The translations under genes were made by a program, and so were the position numbers. The notes beneath the pieces were generated by a model. That model searched no databases, was not told the origin of the DNA, and saw only the letters and a program-made list of their open reading frames with translations. DNA of 64,000 bases from Porphyridium purpureum (lineage: Eukaryota): the NCBI GenBank assembly GCA_008690995.1, contig VRMN01000001.1:1302001-1366000 (forward strand). The letters are read 5' to 3'. Of this stretch, positions 40,597 through 51,452 are shown piece by piece; positions within the stretch are counted from its first letter, which is position 1; each line of letters opens with the position of its first letter.

Positions 40597-41865
40597 TCAC
40601 ATTTTGCACACGAGTTTCAGAACCACTGCTCCATGGTCGCTACCCGTGAGCTCGTCCTTCAGGTGATAGCAATCGACTGGTCGCACGTCATCGGAATCGA
40701 GCAAGTTATGGCTCGTGATGAAGTAGTCCAGACGCAATCCTCGATTAATTGGTCTGTTGTTCGCGCGCATGGACCAGTAGCTGAACACACCTTGCGCATC
40801 CGGGAAAAAATAGCGGAAAAGGTCGACGTATCCAGTTCCCAAAAATCGAGCAAATGACTCTCTTTCCTCTTTCGTGGTTCCTGCTTGCTTCAGCATTCGC
40901 TTGTCATCCGGGTTTACCATGTCGAGGTCCTTGTACGCTACATTCAAGTCGCCACCCACAATAACCCGGTGCCCGTTGTCCGTGAGGCGCGCAAGATAGT
41001 GTTCAAAGTCCGTCGTCCACCGGTTGATACGGTAGTCCAGTCGCTTCAGATCCTGGCCGGAATTCGGTGTGTACACGGTAATAAGGGTAAAGCGCGTGAA
41101 ATACAGGGTGACTACACGACCTTCGTCTAGAGACTCTGCATTTCCTGGAATGCCGTATTCGGGTTCTGAGACAAGATCTAATAAGCCAAGGGCACTGCGA
41201 TCGCTCCCACTTTGTTCCTTTGTTTTTTGGCGCACGAGCACAGCCACGCCAGCGTACCCTTTCTTGGTTTTCGAGGAACAGAAGTAAGTCCGGAAAGACC
41301 CGGCCAGCAGCTTGTCCAGCTTGTTTCCCATTTCCTCATGATGTGATTCTTGCAATTTGGTCTCTTGCAAGCAGATAATGTCAGCAGACTCGGCCAAGCG
41401 GCGGAACTGGTCTCTCACCACTTCGCCGTCTTCCTTAGTTAGTAAAGAACGCAAACTTGCACAATTCCACGTCACGAGCGTCAGCACATGCTCATTGTCA
41501 TGATCCCAAATAAAATGTTTCCGCGGAGTTTCATCACGCGTAAAGCTTTGGCGGCTTTTCTTTGCCGCAGGACTTGGATCCGGGCCGCGCTTGGACTCGT
41601 GGGCGGCTACGGCATTGATCTTCGTAGACCGCTTATGTGCCATACCCGCGGCTTCCAGTCGTCGCACCAAATCGGCCTTGTTCCCCTTTGTGCTGAGGTT
41701 TCGCTCACTCAATATTTGCTTCAGTTCAGCCACCTTCAAAGTGCCCAGCTTTGGTCCTTCTGCGTGCATGCACAACGCGCGGAGCGAGCAGCCGACTTGT
41801 CGCGATGTCCGAGGAGCAGCAACTTTGAAGACCCAAGTGCTCACGAACACAGCATATATCTTCAT
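40597..41865 (-). CDS. ARP: AP endonuclease (ExoIII/APE1) with N-terminal SAP domain, plant ARP-like
   Basis: SAP motif LKVAELK..L..R.L..KG.KADLV.RL. Nuclease motifs TWN, CLQETK, KGYAG, EGRV, VYTPNSG, GDLNVA, R.DYF, SDH. Confidence 0.92.
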   Translation of the reverse strand: MKIYAVFVSTWVFKVAAPRTSRQVGCSLRALCMHAEGPKLGTLKVAELKQILSERNLSTKGNKADLVRRLEAAGMAHKRSTKINAVAAHESKRGPDPSPAAKKSRQSFTRDETPRKHFIWDHDNEHVLTLVTWNCASLRSLLTKEDGEVVRDQFRRLAESADIICLQETKLQESHHEEMGNKLDKLLAGSFRTYFCSSKTKKGYAGVAVLVRQKTKEQSGSDRSALGLLDLVSEPEYGIPGNAESLDEGRVVTLYFTRFTLITVYTPNSGQDLKRLDYRINRWTTDFEHYLARLTDNGHRVIVGGDLNVAYKDLDMVNPDDKRMLKQAGTTKEERESFARFLGTGYVDLFRYFFPDAQGVFSYWSMRANNRPINRGLRLDYFITSHNLLDSDDVRPVDCYHLKDELTGSDHGAVVLKLVCKM

Positions 41866-44776
41866 TCTCTCGGTGTCCACCACCGAATTGGGGTGGCGCT
41901 CAATTCTGGCCACCGTGTGAAAAAGGATCGATTTTTCATCGTATTTGTTGCGCCGGCAGAAGTCAGGAAATCCGGTGTCCTCTGAGATGGCCTGTAGTGA
42001 GTGGGGAGGTCAAGGAAACAACTCGTTAGAAGGCAGAACTGTGGAAGATGATGCGGAACCTGTAAGCGAAGATTTCCTAGCTCGAAATCAAACAAGGAAA
42101 CCCTGCTTCATCCGCGGCGCGTGAAAAGCAGTCTTTATGGGCAATTTCTTGCTTGAGCTGGCACATTGAGCCGCTCGACTGAGCTTTGAGGAAGCATGCA
42201 CCAACAACACCAGGCCAACAGGAAAGCGTGTGCTTGCTCTTCGGGTACTGAGGCATGCAAATAGGAAATTTGGAGCGTGGTTCTCTCGGTCCAGCAAACT
42301 GTGTGCTCTGAATGTGTTTTCGGGCTTACGCGAGCCATCATTTCAACACACTTTGCCAAAGTAAGTTTGGGTGAAGGCTTATTGCTGCGCAAGTGTGCTC
42401 GGTTTCCGACAAGATGAACTAGCTCTTTGCGCATGGTGATCTTATCATAGCTCCTGTATTGAGCAGTCACGTGTTGCGAGGGTTAACACCGCCACTTCGT
42501 CGTGTTCGGGATTCGAGTTGTCTTTAACACCCTGCTAGTTGTCTATCCGTGGCTGGTTTGCGATTGCACGTGCCTCATTCCTGGACGCGGCGGCCGCAAA
42601 ACGCCATCATGCAGGAAAAGCGATTCTATCACGCCTCTTGGGAACGTGTCACGAAGCACGCGCATGAGGGAGTCATCTCACACAGCAACAGTCTCGGTGC
42701 GATCAGGGCCGCACTCTAGCTTCGCTGCGGAGCGGTGATACAAAGAGTGTCGGAACATCTCCATCAAATATCCTCGTCTTCAATGTAGCAGCGCGTCAGA
42801 GCCAGGCTGATACCGGACGAACGAGCGCGGTCCGCAATCGGAGAGCTTTCCAAAGGCAACTCGGCCAGAATGACTTGAGCATGCGGCTGTGATCTCCATT
42901 GTGCAAATCGGCTAGGCGCATTTGCTCGATCCCTACCAAAATCTGCCGCCGCCGCATGTATTCCCGATGCCGCGGTTCTGGACAGTCCATGAAATGAATC
43001 ACAAGCTCACGTTAGGGATCGACGAATGCCGCGCAACACGACCAAGTAAAGAACAAACCGTCCTCCGCGAAAAGAAGAACAAAACACACTCGACGTCAGC
43101 TATACTGTTTCTTTCGACTCCACTTCTGCCAACAATCTGTGCCTGCACTTTGGATCGGATCTGCAATCGCTGCACTCCTACCTCAACCACAAAACGTACC
43201 TGACGCTGGTGCTGGGACTCCCGCAGGACTTCCCCAGCGTAGACGCGCCAGACCGGCACCCCGACCGAATCATCTGACGGTACAGAAGCCCTCGTGTCAC
43301 CGACATCTTGGTTCCACTGTGCCGTCCACCCACGCTGGCGCGATTCGTCTCCAACAAGTTGAGTTATCCGACGAAGCCTGTTGTGATGGCGCAAAGTGAC
43401 GAGCAGAGAAGGTCTTCGATGCCGACTCAGACGAAGAAAGGAACGGGACACACGCGATGTTTAAAGCTGCACGACGCACAATGGAGAAACGCACGATAGT
43501 CGTTGGGCTGATGATGGCGTCAACAGAGTAAATGTTGTGCCTCGTTAACTTGGCGGACGCTACTCGGCCCATGTGAATGCGCGAGGAAGAATCGGCAAGA
43601 AGCACAACATGCGAGACGTCAAAAGCCCCCCAGGGATGAGGGCAAGTCGGGATTGTCTGATTTTTCGGGCTTCCTTAATATTTAATGAAGGCGACGCCGG
43701 AGCACTCCGCTCGCTACCCCGCCTGCCAGGCCATCTCAGTGCGCATCGCGCTGATTGTGGGCCGAATTTCAGAATTTCAGTATGCCTTTTGACCTCCTCT
43801 GCTTGCGCATTGACCACGGAAAGCAAACGGCTCTTGGTTGCTTCTTGGAATACTACGAATTTCGCCCGGGAGATAAAGTTTTCTCCTGCGTTCGAGAGGT
43901 CGTAGCGAGTCAAGCATGAACAAGAGAAACGTGCAAGCACCCGCGTGCTGCAGAGCAGATCCTCGTGGACAGTTTTGGTCAAATATGCACCGATAACAGC
44001 TCCGCCAGAAGGGCTGACGAAGATGAAGCAGAAAGTGGCACTGACGACACCCGAGCGAGGATATCTCCTAAGGCATGGGACGACCACAGCGTCACGCTTG
44101 AAATGACTTCCCCAGTGATATTCAACGACTTTCCTAGGCGACCGTGCGTCTCATGAGACTGTGACTGCGCATCGCGCTCGTTGCGGGCTGGACTTTGCGA
44201 ATCTAGCGCGCCCTTCGGCCGTGTTCTGGTTGATTATTGGCCACAGCAGCGACGTGGTTATCATCTGCCCGAGCGAGCAACGCGCTCTACTCGCAGTCGA
44301 GGCAGCTCGCTCCTGCTTTGATGCGTACGCAGCAAGCTAAGCCTGAGACAAGGCAGCAGATTAACGCGTAGCCTTTTCTGCCCAGGGCCGTTTCACTCAA
44401 CTATTGTCGTCACTATTGCGCCAACGCAGCCGCAGACTCGCCGCAGACTTGCCGTAGTCGCTGATCGTTGATTTCTCCATCTCAGCGTAAAAGAGCACCA
44501 GATCTCTGCGGCGCTCATTGCTCTGGCGTCGGCAGGCTGCGCTCAAAACGCCAACGAAAGCTGACGCGAGCACTGATTGGAAGCGTTTCCCAACACGGAA
44601 CGAATGCCTCGATTTCGCCCGTCTTTTCATACTGGCCAGCCGTTTGCCGATAAAAACAAGCCGAACGTCATTCGAGAGGAAAGAATGGGCTGAGAGTACA
44701 AGATTGCCCGATGCCGTAAACGGGGACAAAGGGCGGAGACGATGCGCCTGAACGCAGCGGAGGGGCTGGGAAGATC

Positions 44777-47017
44777 ATGGAGCGCATGGTTGCATTTCGG
44801 CTCACGCCGCTAGTGTCGGTGGGCGTGCTCTTCTTCATTTACGGGTTTCTGGACACCGTCGATGGCGCCGGGCCGGTCAGGAGCCATTCGGATGGATTGT
44901 CGCCGGGTATTGGGCGCGCGGCACGTCCGGTGGCGCTACAGAGACGTCCCGTGGCTCGTGTGAGTGCCGCGAGCGCGGACAGGCTTGCTTACAAAGAGGA
45001 GGACTGGGGTCGTGTCTTGATTGAGAGGGCTTACTCGGCCACACGCGAGGGTGTTCCGGTGTTGTCACCAGATTGCTCTACTGCACATCTCGGTCAGTGC
45101 GGGATTGACTTTGAGAACCCATCGAGCTTGCCATGTGCTGAATGTTATACTACGAAAGAAGACGTGGACATGAGCACCTGCTTTGCTGCTTGTTGTCCCA
45201 ATCTTGGAATGTCTGGCTTTTCTTGCTTTCATGAGGTTGCAGCAAGTTCGGCTTGCGCCTCAAAAGCAGACCGGCAGCAGCTTGATATCCTCTCATCTGC
45301 TTTCCATGGCCTCAGGGAAGTATGCGCAGCGAGTCAGTGCCTGACACAGGTTGGACACGAATGCCGCTTTGACTTTTTCGACCATAGCAGTCTGTTGACA
45401 TGCTTTAGATTTTGTGGAAGCCAGCCCTTGTGCTACGAAGAGTGCTGTATCGCGTCGCAAGGTATTTTGGATCAAGTTGCTTGTGCAATAGATGGGGCAC
45501 GGGAACAGTGCGGAGGCCTCCTGAAGGACCCTGGGGATCTGGAATTATTTCTTGCGCCTCTGATAGCATTTGCTGGCAGGAATTGCTTCATTCCGGTCGC
45601 ATCAGAATGTGAGTCGACAGTCAAGGATCAATGTCTGGATTCCCATGTTCATCAGGTATGCAATGTCTATTCGGAATCGTTTGATGCAGAAGAGTGCTGT
45701 AAGACAGATGTGCGTGCCCACTTCTGTCTCGCGCAAGCCGCTGTAAATGCTGCTGAATGTGGTGTCGGGACTGGACATGTTCGACTGCTCGTTGAGAAAG
45801 GGTTTCATAAGAGCGAAGGGGAGTGCGCGGCTCTGCTTCAAGAAACCGGCAAGGACTGGCGTCGTCTTCAGTTCGAGATTTGTGCCTCAAAAATTGAAGC
45901 ATCTTGTTCCGTAGACATATCAGCATCGAGTCCATGGAATAATTTGTGCTCATGTGAAGGCGGGAACGAGGAAACGTGCGAACAAGAGTGCTGCCGTGCA
46001 ATTCAAAACGCCCGAGAATGTGCCTCTGTTTCTTTACGATTCTGCACGCGTGCAGGCGTGGAAGGGGCTGTTCGAAGTGTCGGAAGGGAAGCGTTATTGG
46101 CTCCGACCGAGTTTGAGTGCGAGCACTGCGGTGTGCTGTGCCCTTCCATGCCTTCTGAGTCCGAACCCTTGAGTGCAAGCCAACCGGAAGGCGAGATGTT
46201 TGAGGAACAATCGGTTGTGGTGATGCGTGAGCCTGCGGCAGAGGACCCTGGTGAACAACCCTCTAAGGAGCGACTGGCGGAATCAGCTGAGCAGTCGTTC
46301 GATACGGAACAGTCTAGATTGTCGAAGCAGCCTTTAGACACAGACTCGCTGGAGCTTGTGTTTGCGGAGCTCGAGCTTGACTATTCCGAGCAACCCGTTG
46401 AAAATCGCCAGGCCATGGAAGAACCCCAAGAAGATTCCACTGAAGAGCCAACCGAGGAGCCGATCGATGTATCAACAGCTACACCGACATCCGAGCCGAC
46501 ACCAACACCAACGCCGACATCCGAGCCAACAGCAACAACAACGCCCGTGCCGACAGTGGCGGTTACAGCAACGAGCAGCCCCACGCCTGCGCCCGTGTGT
46601 ATCGACGCTGAATGGATCGAGGCACATGGCCTGGACAAGGTGCACACCGGCGACGGCTTTGGCGAGCTTCTGTGCATTGTGGGGCTGGAAGAGCTGCCTT
46701 GCGGGACGCCGGACCACGTGCTGGAGGTGTCCGCCCAGAGCGTTGCGCGTATGCGCCGAGGCGGCTTGATGCTTCGCACGTACGGCGAGGTGTGCAGCGA
46801 GCGCGCATGCGTGAGGAAGCTGGGGCGCTTTAATGGCGTGCGTCATTCGGACGCGCACAGGATGCCGGAGCAGGAGGGCCACCGTGTGACGACCGTGTCG
46901 GACCGCGGGACGGGATGGAGTGCGGTGGAGAACCGCGTGGTGGTGAGCGCGCTCAAGATGCGGTGGCCACGTCTCACGGGTGCGCTCGCTTATTTACAGC
47001 GTACGAACAGCGCATAA
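44777..47017 (+). CDS. Secreted Cys-rich protein with acidic/PT linker and Cys-initiated C-terminal module (paralog 1)
   Basis: Hydrophobic signal peptide, repeated C...CC...C helical units, PTSEPT linker. 3' end identical to paralog 2. Confidence 0.85.
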   Translation: MERMVAFRLTPLVSVGVLFFIYGFLDTVDGAGPVRSHSDGLSPGIGRAARPVALQRRPVARVSAASADRLAYKEEDWGRVLIERAYSATREGVPVLSPDCSTAHLGQCGIDFENPSSLPCAECYTTKEDVDMSTCFAACCPNLGMSGFSCFHEVAASSACASKADRQQLDILSSAFHGLREVCAASQCLTQVGHECRFDFFDHSSLLTCFRFCGSQPLCYEECCIASQGILDQVACAIDGAREQCGGLLKDPGDLELFLAPLIAFAGRNCFIPVASECESTVKDQCLDSHVHQVCNVYSESFDAEECCKTDVRAHFCLAQAAVNAAECGVGTGHVRLLVEKGFHKSEGECAALLQETGKDWRRLQFEICASKIEASCSVDISASSPWNNLCSCEGGNEETCEQECCRAIQNARECASVSLRFCTRAGVEGAVRSVGREALLAPTEFECEHCGVLCPSMPSESEPLSASQPEGEMFEEQSVVVMREPAAEDPGEQPSKERLAESAEQSFDTEQSRLSKQPLDTDSLELVFAELELDYSEQPVENRQAMEEPQEDSTEEPTEEPIDVSTATPTSEPTPTPTPTSEPTATTTPVPTVAVTATSSPTPAPVCIDAEWIEAHGLDKVHTGDGFGELLCIVGLEELPCGTPDHVLEVSAQSVARMRRGGLMLRTYGEVCSERACVRKLGRFNGVRHSDAHRMPEQEGHRVTTVSDRGTGWSAVENRVVVSALKMRWPRLTGALAYLQRTNSA

Positions 47018-47027
47018 CTGGGCAGAG
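46502..47027 (+). repeat. 526-bp identical direct repeat, copy 1
   Basis: Matches 49292-49817 (offset 2790). No mismatch seen by eye; the match extends 10 nt past the stop. Confidence 0.93.
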
Positions 47028-47494
47028 TGTGCGTTGGAAAAGCGGGACATCATGATCGTCGAAAGACCTTGGACGCGTCTCTGTCTCGGCTCTCATAAGT
47101 GACAAATACATAGTGCTCGACGCCTCTGTGCTATCTTGCACGTCCACTCTGCACGCAGCCACCCCGGCAACCACGCGGTCACCAATGAGCCGAACTTAAA
47201 CCTGCACGTGTCTCTGTCGAGCGACCTGTACCGTAACACCAGCGTGCAGACAGTGCAGACACTGCGCCCATGTTCTAAATTTGGATTGAGGCAATTTGCT
47301 GGCGTGGGCCTTGCGGAGCGTGCCACTCGGACGCAGGTTGCGTGCTACGCACGGCTCGCACTCATGTGAGACTCTTGGCTGCTCGATGCTGAACAGCGAA
47401 CGGGTCAAAACACAGTCGAAGAGTCTCGCGCGCGGCGCAGCGAAGCGCGTGTCTGGGTCGGTGAGGAAAGGGTCAGCGACAGAACGCGCAACTG

Positions 47495-49807
47495 ATGCGC
47501 CTCTCCGTCAGAATGCCCGGCGCCGCCCTCGGCGCACTTGCGCTGCTGGTCTTGGTCGGCGCGTGTATCGGCGTGGCAGAGCCGGCGGGTCCCGTTCCGC
47601 GCCGCGCAGCGGACGTGCTGCCTGGTCTGTTACCGAGTGTCGGGCACCGACGCACGAGTTTGCGCGGAACTGGGCAGAGCGAGGACACGCGCGGCGCACA
47701 ATGGAAGCATTGGCGTCAAGCCACACTCGAAAGATTCATGACGGCGCGTCAGAACTTGGCAGAAATCTCGCAGGATTGTGTTGCCGCCCACCTTGCGCAA
47801 TGCGGAGTTGACTTGGAAGACCCGGCTAACGAGCTGTGCTTTGAGTGCTTCGCATCGGAGGTAGAGATAGACACGGCCGCATGTCTGAGCGGGTGCTGTA
47901 GCAGTTTTAGGGATACACTTTTGTCTTGCTTTGAAGAGGTGGCAGAAAGCTCCGCATGCAGCGCGGACGCGGACCAGGAACAGCTCGAGAAAGTCACGCC
48001 CGCTCTGCAAAGCTTTGACGAAGTCTGCGCCATAAGTGAGTGCCTGCTGCACGTCAGTGATGAGTGTGGCTTTGATGTTCGCAATCCAGAAGCGTTGCCG
48101 TGTGTGCAATGCACAGAGACTGACTGCTTTGACGAATGCTGCCCGGCACTTTTGGACTCTGCGGTTTGTGCAGCTGACGTGGCTCGCATCCGCTGCGGGC
48201 ATATGCTCAGGGATACAGGCGATATCGAGGCATTGATAGCATCTGCTGCGGATCTTGCAGGAAACGCATGCAGTATTCGTGCCTCTCCGGACTGTATGGC
48301 TGCGCTCGACGAAAGGTGCGGGCATCTCGAATCCCCTCCAGCGTGCAATGTATTGTCGAATAGGTACGATGCCAAAACATGCTGCAGAGCAGACTTGCGA
48401 GCTTATCGTTGTCTGACTGAAGGTGCATCTTTGGCGCCAGAGTGCAGTGACGAGGTTGGCGTAATCCGCGTCCTTGTTGATCAAGAATTTCAGAGCCGTA
48501 GTCGAGTGTGTGATTTAGCTTTCAGTCTGGCTAATGCAGACTGGGATGTCATCCAAGCAAACATGTGTGACACAAGCACCAGTGAATCTTGCACCTTAGA
48601 CACCTCAAGTGGGACTCCCTTGGATACATTGTGCGCATGCGATCCAGAGGATGATGAGGACTGCCAGCAAGAGTGCTGCGATGCCACACGTTCTGCAAGA
48701 GACTGTGTCGAAAGCCACTTGCGATTTTGCACAGGGGCGGGAGTGCATGGTGTGATCGCACGTGATCTTTTCGGGGGTCTTCTTGCTCGGACCGATTTCG
48801 AGATCTTGCACTGCGTCAATGTGAGCTCACCGAGTTTGCCTCCGGTAGAGTCTGGGGGGCCTTCCGGGCCTTCACCGCATCCGGTCCCCGATCCTTCGCA
48901 TACATTCGAAGCAGAGCCGTCAGAAAACGCGTCGGATACGGAGGAACCAGTATCGGAAACAGAAACGCCGACACCTGTGACAGGCATTCCCAGTCCAAAC
49001 ACATCTGAGGAGCCTTTAGATTCGGACGAACCTGCCTCTGAAACAGAAGAGCCGATAGCTGTGACAGGCATTCCTGGGCCAAACACATCTGAAGAGCCTT
49101 TAGATTCGGATGAACCGGTGTCTCAAACTGAAGGGCCTGCACCTGGGTCGAGTCTTCCTGGCCCAGCTTTATCGGAGGAGCCTTTCAGCACGGACGAGCC
49201 AGAGAATTCATCCCCTACAGGTGAACCAAGTGCTCAGCCCACCAACGACACCGCGGAGAGTTCAGAAGAATCTGAGCCAGCCACTGGGACGCCAACACCA
49301 ACGCCGACATCCGAGCCAACAGCAACAACAACGCCCGTGCCGACAGTGGCGGTTACAGCAACGAGCAGCCCCACGCCTGCGCCCGTGTGTATCGACGCTG
49401 AATGGATCGAGGCACATGGCCTGGACAAGGTGCACACCGGCGACGGCTTTGGCGAGCTTCTGTGCATTGTGGGGCTGGAAGAGCTGCCTTGCGGGACGCC
49501 GGACCACGTGCTGGAGGTGTCCGCCCAGAGCGTTGCGCGTATGCGCCGAGGCGGCTTGATGCTTCGCACGTACGGCGAGGTGTGCAGCGAGCGCGCATGC
49601 GTGAGGAAGCTGGGGCGCTTTAATGGCGTGCGTCATTCGGACGCGCACAGGATGCCGGAGCAGGAGGGCCACCGTGTGACGACCGTGTCGGACCGCGGGA
49701 CGGGATGGAGTGCGGTGGAGAACCGCGTGGTGGTGAGCGCGCTCAAGATGCGGTGGCCACGTCTCACGGGTGCGCTCGCTTATTTACAGCGTACGAACAG
49801 CGCATAA
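47495..49807 (+). CDS. Secreted Cys-rich protein (paralog 2)
   Basis: Signal peptide; Cys pattern collinear with paralog 1 (DC..AHL.QCG.D.E.P; ECC.A...AR.C....LRFCT.AGV); shared C-terminal module. Confidence 0.85.
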   Translation: MRLSVRMPGAALGALALLVLVGACIGVAEPAGPVPRRAADVLPGLLPSVGHRRTSLRGTGQSEDTRGAQWKHWRQATLERFMTARQNLAEISQDCVAAHLAQCGVDLEDPANELCFECFASEVEIDTAACLSGCCSSFRDTLLSCFEEVAESSACSADADQEQLEKVTPALQSFDEVCAISECLLHVSDECGFDVRNPEALPCVQCTETDCFDECCPALLDSAVCAADVARIRCGHMLRDTGDIEALIASAADLAGNACSIRASPDCMAALDERCGHLESPPACNVLSNRYDAKTCCRADLRAYRCLTEGASLAPECSDEVGVIRVLVDQEFQSRSRVCDLAFSLANADWDVIQANMCDTSTSESCTLDTSSGTPLDTLCACDPEDDEDCQQECCDATRSARDCVESHLRFCTGAGVHGVIARDLFGGLLARTDFEILHCVNVSSPSLPPVESGGPSGPSPHPVPDPSHTFEAEPSENASDTEEPVSETETPTPVTGIPSPNTSEEPLDSDEPASETEEPIAVTGIPGPNTSEEPLDSDEPVSQTEGPAPGSSLPGPALSEEPFSTDEPENSSPTGEPSAQPTNDTAESSEESEPATGTPTPTPTSEPTATTTPVPTVAVTATSSPTPAPVCIDAEWIEAHGLDKVHTGDGFGELLCIVGLEELPCGTPDHVLEVSAQSVARMRRGGLMLRTYGEVCSERACVRKLGRFNGVRHSDAHRMPEQEGHRVTTVSDRGTGWSAVENRVVVSALKMRWPRLTGALAYLQRTNSA
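48940..49135 (+). repeat. 84-bp (28-aa) coding tandem repeat in the linker
   Basis: gtgacaggcattcc at 48977 and 49061; VTGIP.PNTSEEPLDSDEP occurs twice. Confidence 0.85.
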
Positions 49808-49817
49808 CTGGGCAGAG
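49292..49817 (+). repeat. 526-bp identical direct repeat, copy 2
   Basis: Matches 46502-47027. Confidence 0.93.
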
Positions 49818-50009
49818 GACATAGCGAATAGTAATGAGTAAAGAAATGTTTACGAAGAGAAAAGACGCTTTATTACTGATTTTGAGACTTTGGGGGCGAC
49901 AGCGGGGGGAGGCGTGTGCGAGACTGCGCGGTCCTGGTTGCGCGCGTTCCGAGACGGCGTGCTAGATGAAAGCCGCGCCTCAAGCCGAGCGGTTTGCGGC
50001 TACGGCGTC

Positions 50010-51452
50010 ATGGCGGATGATTCCAGACGCGGCTCGTCGTACTCACGGGCGAAAAGCGCAAGGGAAGGGATTGTCGAGCGCAACACGAAACTGCGGGCAG
50101 CCCTGCGGTCGCCGAGGGGGGGGACAGGCGGTGGCGGCGGTGATACTGTAGGTGGTGATGATTGCTTTGTGAGCGCTGCCACGGCCGCTTCCGGTCGGAC
50201 CACGGCAGCAAACCGAAACGGTCGCGGTCGAGAAGGCGGTTTGTTTGGGAAAGTGCATCATGTGCCTGGCTTCGGTGGGGCGCAGGCACATGAAGCCGAG
50301 GACCTGCCGGAACGTCCAATGCAGCAGAGAGGCATCCGGCAGGCCCGCCTTTCTTCTGTGCAAAAGGTAGACGAGGCGCAAATCCTCGTCCAAATGCTGG
50401 AAGAGCAAGAGCGAAACGCGAATGCGAATCAGAATCGGCATTGGCTGCCGCGGCTTCCAGTGCAGGTTCAAGCGAGTTTTCCGGCGTCGAGTGCTTCGCA
50501 ACAAGAACACCAGCAACATCAAGAAACTCGAAGTCCGTCTTCATACGATCGGAAGTTGCACGTCTTTGACGAACAGGAGCGAGCCATCCGGCAGCTTTTG
50601 CTCAAAGTCATAAAATTTGAGTTTGCGTGTTCGCAAGCTCTTGAGCTTGGTGCAGACCTAGGCAACCATCTTGCGAGCATATTTCGCGAGCATCAGCCAA
50701 CGCACACAGGAAAAGCAGAGGCAGACGCATTTCGGGACCAGCACAAAATGCTGGATGTACTGTTCCATACGCGCTTGCGAGTCGGATTGCGAAAGCACGT
50801 GTGCACGCCTTTACAAAAGCGGCTTGCAGAATTGTCTAACGTACGCACAGTCATTCAAAAACGCGATCAAGCAGCAGAGCGCGTCGATAAGCTTCGCAAG
50901 CGTGTGAGAGCACAGCGCATTGCGGGCTCTATGAAGCTGGACAATGGAGAACGGGAACTTGCATCTGCAAAGCTCGGCCTGTCCACATTGCATGGAGAAG
51001 CGGTTGCGTGCCTTGATCGCGTGACGGCAGATTTTGGTAATTATGTCCAACCGAGCCTCAGCGCCTTGTCGCATATTGCGAATCATTTTTACGGACGCGC
51101 TGCGAAGTACAGTGCGCCAACGTATCAAACTGCCACCAATGGGCGTCGCGACGCTCATTCTGGAACAATACAAGACGTATCGTCCGAAGGTCGCTCTTTG
51201 CGCGAAGTTGCTAGCGCGATGGAACAAGGCAACGAGGTCAAGATGGATGTGGATGAAATGAACCCACGCATGGAGGGAATGCGCTCGGAAGGGGATCACA
51301 CTCTATCCAAGCGCAGTATGCGGTCGCCTCGCGGTGGCGTGGAAGCTCAGCCGAACTCGCCACCTCGCACGAACCAGTACCCAACCACGAGCGCCGCTTT
51401 TGAACCTGAAGGGCCTGAAATGGAGCGATGGGACGACCTTGAATTTTCGTGA
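50010..51452 (+). CDS. BAR-domain-like helical protein with disordered termini
   Basis: Amphipathic helical core: V..PL......V...I.KR......D......KL...E.EL..AK....L...L...P.L......FY. Confidence 0.65.
   Translation: MADDSRRGSSYSRAKSAREGIVERNTKLRAALRSPRGGTGGGGGDTVGGDDCFVSAATAASGRTTAANRNGRGREGGLFGKVHHVPGFGGAQAHEAEDLPERPMQQRGIRQARLSSVQKVDEAQILVQMLEEQERNANANQNRHWLPRLPVQVQASFPASSASQQEHQQHQETRSPSSYDRKLHVFDEQERAIRQLLLKVIKFEFACSQALELGADLGNHLASIFREHQPTHTGKAEADAFRDQHKMLDVLFHTRLRVGLRKHVCTPLQKRLAELSNVRTVIQKRDQAAERVDKLRKRVRAQRIAGSMKLDNGERELASAKLGLSTLHGEAVACLDRVTADFGNYVQPSLSALSHIANHFYGRAAKYSAPTYQTATNGRRDAHSGTIQDVSSEGRSLREVASAMEQGNEVKMDVDEMNPRMEGMRSEGDHTLSKRSMRSPRGGVEAQPNSPPRTNQYPTTSAAFEPEGPEMERWDDLEFS

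Noticed and set aside
46502..49817. 526-bp direct repeats as LTRs of a retroelement
   Set aside because: They are in-frame coding sequence, with no TG...CA ends and no gag/pol between them.
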